Part shown: piece after piece, positions 46,438 to 57,500 of the stretch
How positions within the stretch are numbered: position 1 is the first letter of the stretch
Layout of the letters: the number at the start of each line of letters is the position of its first letter
Program-made: the position numbers and the translations under genes
Assembly: GCA_000708835.1 (NCBI GenBank)
Contig: DF237057.1
Span: 129,647 to 193,646 of the forward strand
Length of the DNA stretch: 64,000 bases
Direction: 5' to 3'
DNA from: Klebsormidium nitens
Lineage: Eukaryota; Plantae; Klebsormidiophyceae
The notes under the pieces: generated by a model
Seen by the model: the letters and a program-made list of their open reading frames with translations, nothing else
Database searches by the model: none
Told to the model about the DNA's origin: nothing

Positions 46438-48047
46438 TCTGCTTGCCAAAGTCAAGGCGACTCCTCGCAAGATGTGATAAGAACTCGAGTCCTCGAAATA
46501 GAAACGTAGAAGCTGGGCCGTGATTATGGCGCCTGCGGTAGGATGTAGTCAGATTGTTATCGTGAAGGGTTTAGGAAGGTTTAGGAAGGGTGCTAGCGAG
46601 CGGTGCGGATTGCGCGTCGAAGATGGAGCGCGACTTTTGGGGACGCGTATGCTGGCACGAAGTCAGAGATGTATGTTTGGGGAGTCAGGATCATAGTGGT
46701 TTACGGTGGGTTTTGGCACGTAGACCCTTCGCTTTGGTTGCGTGAATAGGGAGACGATAATAGTCGGGTTTCGCTGATCTTGGGCCGTAAGCAGGGTGTG
46801 CGCGGTTTTAAATACGTAGCTCGAGGTTTGTAAATGACCATCTTGTAACGTAGAATGCAGGAAGCCTACTAACACAGGCTTGGAAGTGTTCAATGGCAGA
46901 GCTTTTGCAGATAGACAACGGTCTGCTGCAACTATGGCGGGTGCTTTGATTGTGCAAGTACGTCGATCTGAGAAAACGAGTCTCAGTCACAGGAGACGCT
47001 TCTGACACTACAGAAGACGCAGATTTCAGTCCTTGACGTGCAAAGTTTTTCGAAGTTTGCACATGAATGTACAGAATGATCGACAAAACTGGGCGCCGGG
47101 TTGATTGGATTAGTGCGACGCTCAATCAACAAATGGCCTTCGAAAATAATGAGACAAGTCGTGTCCTTCATTCCTGGCCGTTCTCGTTCGACCGTCGAGC
47201 TTTCGCACATGCATGAAGTGCTTGCAGTGCTTTACTGCCACACTTGTGGCAGTGGTTTGGAGCCCTATTCAGCCGCTTTGAACGTGCGCCGAGTGCGCTC
47301 GGTACCGTCGAGCCTGGACATAGTACCGCCAGCTAGCAGTTATCAATCATCATAAGTGACGGTGGCACCCCAATGTGTTTCCAATAAGGTATAACATGGC
47401 ACCGAGTCATGCGCGCGGCGCTGGCCATGCGCACATTCTGGTATTAATGCGATCAGGACCACAATTTAGGAGGGGATTCAGCTTGAGACTTGATATAATA
47501 TGGTACAAAAAGCATTAGAAGGCTCATGAACGAAGAGCACCTCTGGCTGAGACTCAAGTGAATGTGGCCGCGGGAGCTGCTAGCCCGTGTATAGTACTTG
47601 TCAAGCTTTCTTCCTAAGATCAGAAGGACCACCTTCGTCTTGGCACATGCAATGGCGCGAGCTCTGCACATGTCAAAGTTGTCACGGATCGCCACGTGCT
47701 GACGGGATGGCCACATGAGGCACCTCCGACAACATCGACGTACTGCAACAAGCATCTTAATTCAGTACATATATGGATCATTCGATGGTCCTTCCGGCAA
47801 CGATGGCCGCTCTTCTGTTCAATATCCAAATGGGTCATGATCACAACGTAGTGTCTGATCTGGCTGCGAAGAAGCGTGTGGCTCAGAACGTGTTGATGCC
47901 GCGACTACCATTAATCTGTTCTGAAGACGCAATCAAGTACATTCAAGCTGACTCGCAACGAGAGCTCTTTGACAGAGCCCCACAGTCACTTGCGTAACCT
48001 CCTTTTAAGGGCTTGCACCCGGCTTTCGAACCTGTAGAGACTGCTTG

Positions 48048-49718
48048 TCAGGACCCTGCGTCTGTGATCTTCGCTATCATCAACTCCTGTTCATGTCGTA
48101 CTTTCAGGAGGGACTCGTACTCTCTGCCGATATCCTGCAAACAGAAAGGTAGAGAAAGTTCAAGAGAGCCTTTATCTTGAGCAGCCTTGATGAGGTTTAG
48201 GATAGCTTAAGCGTGCCGCCAAGCGTCCCAGCATCAGCCTTGCACGCAGAATGGAGACTTGCCGACTTGATATCGACCTGTCTCTCAAGCACGCACCGTT
48301 TGATGATCATTCACATCCCAAGTAGCAGGACGAGAAGAAAACCAGGGTCTCATTACGGACGACTAGGTGCTTCTTCTCAACATGACAGAGCCAGCTTATG
48401 TGTAAGAGAATGCTTTCAGACTCAAAACCCGACAATTCGTTCTGGACCCTCGAAGACCTTTCCATTAAGCATTTCTCCTGCCAGTCGACAGTTCTTCACG
48501 GTTGGCCTGTCAGAATACAAGTTCGACGTCCTTCGCAGTGTCTGGACAATCCAGCCAACTAGAAGTATTCGGGTACCGCTTGGGCAAAAAACCTCTGAAG
48601 TTGGTAACGAGAGCACCGGGGCCATAGGTGTTATCTGGTGCAGTGTCGGTTCGTAACTTGTCCCAAAATCCAGCCAGAAGAAGGAGAAGAAGCAGCATCA
48701 CCAGTTTAAAACTTGCGCAGATCATGTGTGACGCACTCAAGGGCCTTCGAAGCAACGACGCAGCCAGGCGTTACACTCACGTCTAGTTCCTGTTGCTTCT
48801 CTGCTAGGACCGCTGCTTGCTCCCCCAGCTTCCGTTTTCGCACGTCCGGTTCCATGGTCGCTTTCAACCTTTGCCCCATCGCCCTCAACTTTTCGTTCTC
48901 TATCTTCTGCGCCTGAGCTCCTATCTGTTCCAAGAGGCCCCTGACCACCTGTAGAAGAGAGAATTTTTTCTGATCATTTCTGTGCATTCATTGGCATCGA
49001 TAAGCGTGTGATGATTGATTGACAACATGCAATCAACCGGCAAAATCTGGCCACATATGCTGATAGGACTTGGCATCCACCCAACAGCATACTTGGACGG
49101 ATGTAAGAACAAGCAGGGGGGTAATTATTATGAGGCACGGTGCACAAAATCTGACTGTGCCATTAGAACACACTGAGAGACAAGTGGAACAATCAACGTC
49201 CCAGGCTGGTGTGGAAGCAGCTGGAATCATTCACATCCAGTCACACCACCTTGTCCTCTCATGACACAACAACCCCCAGAACTTTGGAAGTTGAGTTTTG
49301 TCATGAAGGGGCTCCTTCTGTGAACAGCAAGCACTTGAGCTGATTAATACCACCCCTGAAGATGTGGTCTTCCAGCTTCCGTGCATTTGCGCTGAAGCCC
49401 CTCAGCAGCATCAGTTGGATCTATGATTTGCAGCTATGGGCTTGATTGTATCAGTATTTTCGGTCGGACCCTTTGGAGAGTTCCATAGGCAATTCTCAGC
49501 TCTTGGAGGATATCTCAGCTCTCTTCTGGCAGCTTCAAAGCTTGAGGAATCTGTGATCTCTGATTGCTTACTCCTCTTACCTTGTCAAGCTCACTAATCT
49601 TGCTTGTGAAGCTTTCGCAGGCCTCTTGGAGCTCCTTCGTCTGCCGCTGCTTGTCTGGGTCAAACACGCGTATCCGGTACATTTCGTCGAACGTGATGCC
49701 CCGATCTTCTGACGCCAT
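48048..49718 (-). CDS. IFT20: Intraflagellar transport protein 20, 130 aa, 3 exons
   Basis: Exons 49718-49581, 48948-48781 and 48134-48048, all phase 0. Sequence GITFDEMYRIRVFDPDK..T.EL.E.C..F..KI, IENEKLRAMG.R, EKQQELD|DIGREYESLLKVRHEQELMI matches the IFT20 family pattern and size. Confidence 0.92.
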
Positions 49719-50451
49719 TCTGCCAACGCGTGCTTTTTTGGCTCGACTTTATGCAATTGTCTCCAGAAGTATTGCAGCTCCTTAGCTCTTCAGTCCTGAG
49801 GAGGGCAAAGAACAGTCAACACCTTGTAATGGCCAGAATCCTGCTCTGCCGCGCACTTTGATTGCAGGTTCCTGAAGTGGAGACGAGGAATGAAGTGTAT
49901 GGGGCAGAAAAAGGGACGAAAGCCGCAAGCTCTGAAGCAGAAATTTGACATGTGCTGCAGAGAGCTTGCATAGAAAATTAGGGTTCGGCTTGAGAATCAA
50001 TGCTTGAGAGAAGTCCAATTCTTGTTCGATATCGATGCGCTGGAAAAGCTGTACCGACCTCTGTTTCGAACGCTCGTCGAAGCCTGGCACGTTTGCTAAG
50101 TGTTTCGCTGAGGTCGCGACGAAACTAGAGCCGCGGCGAATCCAGCTCTAGCCTCGCAAAAGTACCCTGCCAGCTGGCCCTTCTTCTGTAACCCAACATG
50201 CGTAACCCTCCTATAACCGACCTGTTTTCTGTTCCCAATCACCGGCCTTTGAATCCACACCTGTCCACACCTTTCTCTGAGGAAGCCTTGGTGATGCCCG
50301 ACTGCTTTGGCCCTGGGCGACGGAGGGTTCCGAAATAATCACATTTTGGTTTTGCCAGCTGCCCTTCTGAGCTGCAGATCGAGGGGCGCTGCAGCCAGCA
50401 CACTGCCATGTGCAGAGCGCAATTGACAGGAGAGGCGCTTGCCCAATCACC

Positions 50452-50652
50452 ATGCCCAAGCCCGGCCTGCAACCCATGCTCCAGTGGCTCCACTTGATCA
50501 AGCTGGACGGGAGTGTTGTGCGGGTGCGGACAGCGAAGCACTACCAGATTGAGCCAAAGGTCGTGCTGCTGAAGGACAAGGAAAAGGAGCAGGCGACCAA
50601 GGGGCAGATCGGGCGGTTCAAGGAGCGCTTTGGGTTGAAGGTTGAGAAGTGA
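50452..50652 (+). CDS. Ribosomal protein bL31-like (probably mitochondrial bL31m), 66 aa, single coding exon
   Basis: MPKPGLQPMLQW...DG...GQIGRFKERFG resembles the bL31 termini (MK.GIHP; GR(V/I).(K/R)F..RFG) and the plant bL31m pattern. Good ATG context (caccATG). Confidence 0.68.
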   Translation: MPKPGLQPMLQWLHLIKLDGSVVRVRTAKHYQIEPKVVLLKDKEKEQATKGQIGRFKERFGLKVEK

Positions 50653-50820
50653 GGCGCAGGGTTTAGCGAGTGCGCAATCGCGACCTAGCTCGAGGAGTCT
50701 TGCAAGTACCTAGGTTCTTTGCAGAGCGCCGTTAGCGAAAGAAGAGGAGCCCCAAACTTGAGCTTTGGATAGGAAAGAGGGGAAAGCTTGCGACACCGTG
50801 CTGTAAAGGAAGGAAGAGAA

Positions 50821-52838
50821 ATGGCGGACGGCAAAGCGGGGCTCTTTGCGACGGCGCCCCCTCTGGAAAGCGCGGCCGGACTGGAAGTCACCGAGTTGAA
50901 GGCTGAGGAGATTCAGGTAAACATTCTAGAATTGCCCTCAATGCCATCGGTGGTAGTTGGGCAATGCAATTGTATAGGAAATCTCAGTGGAAGCCATGGC
51001 GGCTCTTCCAAGATTTTCGTTTGTTTGGCTCTAGGAGGTAGCATTGTTTTCAGGTATGTTCTGCCAGCGTCTGGCAGTGGCTTTTCCGATCCTGTTTTGC
51101 TGATGTGGGCCGAGAACACGTCTCTTCTGTGGGTATGGAAAGGCTGGACCAATCTGCAGTAACCTCTTTGAGAAAAGCTTCTGCTGAGTGCTCCTGAGTT
51201 GCTGGACGCACAGAGCTGCGAATGCGCATGCATCCATTTGATCGTTTGTTCCTTAGCTCTGGCGCCCAGCTTGCTGCCTGTGTTTTGACAAGGTCTCTGA
51301 TGTTGTGAGGGTCAGAAAAGTCAAGAGTTCTGCTTGTAGGATTATCTGGTTCCCAGGCGAAAGTCTATCTGCCGGCGTTTTGGCTTTGGAAGGGCATTGG
51401 GGTTCCATTTTTCTGTTAGTCATGGCACACCCTAGCGCTTTGACGTGGAGGATCCCGGTCCAAGTCACACAATTAAGTTTGGGAGGCCTACCACTTGTCT
51501 TCTCCTTACTGGGGACGTTCTGGAAGCGCATGTGAAGCTTCAAGAGCTGCTGATATGGAAAATGCTTGTTTCGCTGAGATGCGTGCGCGCAGCCAAAGGA
51601 GGACTTTGGTAACAATTTGCTACCGGCGGAGGGCGGTGTTTAGCGTCAGACCTGTGTTGAATGTTTTTCATATCCTCATGCCACGCTGAATCTCAGCGAC
51701 AATTTTGGGAATATAGGGCCCATCCCTTATCAAACATGAAGCCGCCCATGTCTTACTGGGGTTTGCGTCAAACCTGATACCGGTGGACGTTGCACGTCGC
51801 ACACTATCTCGTACTAATTCCCTGCTTATAAGCTGTATACTTATGTGTGTGGCCAAACCCTTAATACCTCAGGGTTTAGCTGCGACACAGAGGCCACCTT
51901 GTGTTTTGGTTGGGCGGTGACTGGGAACGAAACCGAGGCCAAACCCTTGATTTCTGGTGGCTTATCGCTTCTGACGCTCTCGGGGATATTGCTCGATAGT
52001 GTGCCACGGGCAGCGTCAACCGGTATCAGGTTTGACGCAATCCCCAGTAGATGCTTCGGAGCTGCCTATGATCGAGAAGGATGGTCGCATTACAGTTTTT
52101 TCTGGGTATGGGATTCTCAGAGCATTAGTAGGGTCCAAGAATATGTTTGGAAGTCCGGTCTGTTGACCAATTGTGGGGGTCTTACGAATGCATCACCCAC
52201 CTATTGATACTAAGACTTGCTGAATCCCAATTCGCGATTGACGAGAAGTGTACAGATTTGGCCTCAGTAATCCCAGAAGGCACGCACATCTTTAGATCTT
52301 CAATAAAAATCAGAAGCCAACCACCAGAGAGTCAATGTACAACGATCCCGTTACAGATCCAAGCTCCTAAGGCTGACACAGCACTTTTTTCTTGAGTTCG
52401 CAGGAAGCTTTCAACAAGGCAGCATCGTCAAGCAAGTTCGATGACCCAACCGAAGAAGCCCACGGCCCTCCTGGGGGGGCTGGAGTAGTCCTAGATCCAG
52501 AGCCACTTTCACCCCCTGGGCATGACGGAGCTGAGGGTCCAACTGATGGGGGGCCTTGTCTAGACCCGGAACTAGGAACTTGGGGCTCCAAGGAGGGTCC
52601 GTGCATAGAGTCAAAGGGCTTTGCTGACCCCATCGGAACAGGGAACGGGGATCTGAACCTGGGCCCTTTGCCAGGGAGCTTGGAAGACGACGATGGGGAA
52701 GGAAAGGGTCTCGTCGATCTCGGCGAGAAGGTATTGGAAGGGTGTGGGGGAGTCATCGATGGTATCAAGGAGAAGATTGGGGACTCGATCTTCGTGCCTG
52801 CTGATCCCACAGAGCCGCTACCGGGAGTCGACATGTAG
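50821..52838 (+). CDS. Uncharacterised acidic Gly/Pro/Asp-rich protein, ~176 aa, 2 exons
   Basis: Exons 50821-50916 (cag|gtaaac) and 52404-52838 (cgcag|gaa) join in phase 0. No family recognised. Confidence 0.65.
51754..52049. mobile_element. Foldback/MITE-like inverted repeat in the intron of the acidic protein gene
   Basis: tactggggtttgcgtcaaacctgataccggtggacgttgcacgtcgcacactatc (51754-51808) pairs at about 90% with gatagtgtgccacgggcagcgtcaaccggtatcaggtttgacgcaatccccagta (51995-52049). Weaker pairing continues outward. Confidence 0.75.
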
Positions 52839-54518
52839 GGTGTGTCTGGGTCAAGGCTTGCAATCTTAGCTTTATCCAATTGAGGTTTTGTAGGAAGACG
52901 TCCCGAGTCTAAGGAGGAGCTTATTTTTCTCAGGACCTTTGATGTTATGCGGTCTCATTCTTAGGGAGAGCAGTTTACGCGGAAGCTATTGTTGCCATCG
53001 TCAAGTTTTACTCAATCCAGACTCGAGTCGTGTTGTTACGCATGCCGCTTCTGCCACTTGGTGTAAGTGACATGATTGCATGTGAGAGACACATTGTGCA
53101 AGACATTTGAGACGCAGATGAGAAAGCTAGACAGGACCATGCACTGAGTCTGACTCTTGACTTAAAATCTGGGTATCCTAAAATTACTGACGGCGTCTTT
53201 GATTTTCCGCATCTTACAGAAATTAATCCAGCAGTGATAGCAGACTCAAAAAGCCATAACTCACCGACCAGGCGGCCGTACCTGGCCCTGACATGATGTT
53301 GAACTTCAGAAGCGGGCCTACATGATGCATGAGGCTAGCCCGGGCCCGCGCATGATTAGATTCCCTAAGCAAACCCCCATGTGCAACAACGGGCAAACGG
53401 ACTCACGGTGGGCCCCCGCGGCCCATTCTGCACTGAGGTCATGCCATTGTTGCCGGCGGCCGCAACTCAGCTGTATGGTTGGATAGTAACGATAGCGGAT
53501 AGTAATGATAGCGGTCCAATCCGACGCTCATATATGAGCGTCACGTCATTGATACGAATGGCAGAACCGGAAGCAATCCCGGCCATGCAACACTTTACCA
53601 CCAGATTCGTACGTGGATATTAGCACACGTCGGAATCAACTATAGCTAGCTGACCGCGCAAGCCATGAGACAGACCTCCAATTCAATGGTTTACTGATCT
53701 GCACACCCGGTGCAATCCCGCCCTTCATTGCAACACTCTACCACCAGACGGTATGACTCGTACAAGCTCGCCTCAGGTTAATTGTTTTTCTCGTTGCTAG
53801 CTTAACACCAAGTGATGTACACAGACTGTTTGTGACGGTGTGATTAACTCGCAGTATCATCAGCCACTATCGAACGGACTCCGGGATGGGGCCTAGGGAA
53901 TCAAGTTCGAAAAGAATAAGTTGCATGCTCGTACGGTCCGGATCAATCTATACCTACACAAGTTCTCAAGGCTGGCAAGTTGTGGATATGAAGCTGATTC
54001 ACAACCGCGACCTGAAGGATCTAAATATGCATGCTTGACTAATCATGTGGAAAAATCGGTCGGATACTTTTGTTTCTTGTCCGTCCTTGTAGAGCGCCGT
54101 GCTTCTCCCATGAAATACTGTACAGATCCGTACCAAGTTGAAGTCTCCCTAAGTGAGTTGGTATGCTTTACAATTAGGTACACCTGAGCCTGGTCCGTTG
54201 TTGACTGTACCTTGGTTTATAATGCATACAATGACCGTTCTCTTCATACCACCTAAGTTTTGCCGTCTATCCACGCTTATTTGATGATCCAGGTTGCACT
54301 AGCACCAGGAATCTGATATGCTTTTGACATTGTTCCGGTGTCAGAGAGCCTCAGTCTTTGCAACTGCTGCTTGATGCTCTTCTAAAGTCCAAACACTATC
54401 CACAGGAATGGGACACGGGATATCCAACTACAATATTAATCAGGACCGCTTCCCGGCGCTCAATCAAACTCGACCGTCTGGCCCTCGATCGTCTATGATG
54501 CTACATTCTGTATCAAAG

Positions 54519-57500
54519 TCAAAGTAGTCCTCTTGGCCCTCCCACCGCATGCATCCTTGCGTTGGGGCTCCGTTTCTTCGGTGGCTGCTCCGTTTCCGGT
54601 TCCCCCGAGTTCTTCGACGTCGCCTCGTCCGAGCTCCGTTTCTTCCTCACTTCTGGATGCCCCCGCGCGGCCTTGTTCACACCAGTCCCGGACACGCTCG
54701 GCACCGCCCGGTTCACGACATCCTCCGCATACGGCTCCGCCGGAACGTCCGTCGACTGCGGCGAGCCACACTGGCGCTGCCACTGGGCGGCTTTCGCGCC
54801 TTCCTCCACCCCCCGCAGATACTGCTCCTGCATGAACTGCCTCGGGAACCGCTCCTCCGTCACAAACATGCCCCCTCTAGGGTCCTCGCCCAGCCGTGTC
54901 AAGTGGGCGGCACCTCTAGAGCTTCTCACGGGGGCCTTCCCGAGGACCGCGTCGCCGACCGGGCTGCCCAACTCCCGCCGGCGGGCATACGCTATCTCCT
55001 CGACCGACTCGTTTCTGGTGGGCACCCGGGCTTCGTCTCCCCGGCCGGGGAGCACCGTCAGGTCGTTCTCGCTGTCGGTCCGGCGGACGACGTTGCTGGC
55101 GACGCTCGAGTCACATGCGAGGCCCAAATTGCGCCCGAAAGGCAGCATGGGAGACGCCCGGAGGTCCCACGTGGGGTAGTTGGCGAAGGCCGCCGGCGGG
55201 GGGGGGACCGGTGGCGGGACTCCCAGGGGAGCCTGCAGAGAAGGGGGGGGGGAGGATTAGGTGCGAGATTGTGGCCGACAGTGACAAGTCGTCTGTTTGA
55301 GACTGAGTTGCCAGCTGTCACTGGGGCTGTGACACCTGACAGCTGTCGAGGGGCCTATGCGCAGTGCGTAATGCCCACAGGCGTCATGCGGAGACTGTCA
55401 AGTGCGCGAGATTTACTCCAAAATACTATAGAGGCAGTTTTGTGCGTGATATGACGCCCTCAAGGGGAAACGCGCAGCCTGAGCGCTAAGGAAACGTGAG
55501 CCTTGATGGCAACATAAAACGCCTTCCTATATCCCCAGGCAATCACCTGCCAGCACAATCCTTCTTCTTCTATTGGTGAGGGATAGAAGAACGGAGGTTG
55601 ATACATCTGAAAGAAGCGATGTGAAGTATCAGCAAAAGCAACCAGCCTTCCATGTGACCGCTCCGTGGTTATCGACCTGGTCGAGAGCGGAGTCCAAAAA
55701 GCATCTTACCACACTCTTACCCTTGCACAGTCAATATGGGCGGCACCTTGAAATGGAGCTGTAGAAGTTGTTTTGCTAACGAGAAGCATCACAGTCTGTT
55801 TGGTAACTTGACCTACTCCGGCTTCTGAAAGACGCTATAACAACTGTAACCTTGACACCTCCACCTCCACAAATGCCAAGGGGTTTCCAACGTAGCAATT
55901 GATACCAGTCACAACCTTCGTAGACTACAGATTGCCGACACAGCTCAAACGAGCGGGAGACAGTCAGACGAAAAGATCGAATTTCCGTGCTCTAGTGTGC
56001 AAGCAGCTTACTTTTGGGGTGATGAACTACAAGACCAAAAAAGTCGAGGCGCACCCATTATCAGACTAAGAGAAGGATCCTGCAAGGCCGAAGAGCGAGA
56101 GGCTATACTGAGCGGGACTAAAGGTCGCATCGCTGTGCAGGCGTCTTGAAAACCTACCTGCATAGCGCGGAGTTTGTCTCGCGCTGGCACTGTAGCCTTA
56201 TCCGCTGTCACATACTGCCGCACGGGCCTCCCCCTTCGAGCAAACTCGGCTGCAGCTCCGCGGGGATCCCCCCACGCAAGCTCTTTCGTATCGGGGGGCA
56301 CCTGGAGAACAGAATTTTTGACCCCCTGGACCCTGGCATCTGCCGCCCAGCTGACGGGAAAGAAGCCGAGGGCGCGCGGATCGGAGGGGTTGAGGGACCT
56401 AGGATCGGGGATAGGGTATGCGCCCTGCAGATGGAGGGGGACGGGGAGGCGGGCCGGGTCATAAGCTATCTGCCCCGGGTCATAAGCGACGGGAGCCACG
56501 AGATGTGGCGGTCGGGGGTAGCCGAGCTTCTGGAGGGGGGGAGGGGGAACGAAACCCTCGGGCCTTTCGAGGGCGGCGTAATCGTACGCAACAGGAAGCA
56601 CGAACGAACTTGGATCCATTAGGGGGGGGTCGTGCACGTTGGAGTAGAGCGAAGAGTCGGGGGCGATCCTGGGGGGGGAAACCGTGAGGGGGTACGGGAT
56701 GTGCGGATAATGCGCCATTGGGAAGGCTGGTGGAACGCGCGCTTTGCCGTAGGGGGGGGGAGACAGGTTCGATGGCTCCGTAACAGGGAGCTCGACGGGG
56801 TACGGCGTTTCCGGATATGCAATGTGCGGGAACGGAGAGGCCACAAAACCCGGCTGGCCCCTCGTTCTTGAAACAGGGGGGTGAGGGTCCGTGTCGAGAT
56901 AGTTCCCCGACGGTGAGACGAGCTTGCCTCCCTCAAAAAGAGGGGGCGGCTGGTTCAAATCCAGTGACGGCATGAGGGAGGAAATGTCTCTGTCGGTGCG
57001 TATTTGGGCGGGACGTTCGCCCTGCGGTTTGGTAGTCCGGTGGGGGAAGGTGTTCGGGGGGTGGTCCCGACCCAAAGTGAAGACTTCGGGGTGCGTCTCG
57101 TAGTAGCCTCGAGCGGCGGGGGGGTCCTTACGCCCCCGGGAGAAGTGGACTGGAGCAGAGTTGGGGCGTGAGTGAACGCCCTGGAGAATAAGAAGGAATA
57201 GCCTTCAGTTAGTAACGGAGAAGGACCGTAAATGAAGAAGGACCGCCAATCAGTTTGTGATCGGGCGTAGCAAGCCCAAAACCCGCAACAGTCAAACTGA
57301 CATGCACACTTCCAAGCTGAGACGCTTTTGAAAGGCCCTGTTTAAAGGCGCTGTGATCATCTTAGCCAGACCATCAGACGAAACAAGAAGCTCATAAACC
57401 TTTGGTCTTTACATCAGCTTTGTATATGCGGCTTTTCATGAACGAGTTCGTCGTCTTGAATTTGAATGCAGATTGATGCATTGTTTGACAGCGATACCCC

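Noticed and set aside
47453-47997. Small ORFs between GST and IFT20
   Set aside because: No homology or splice evidence; treated as intergenic or 3' UTR.
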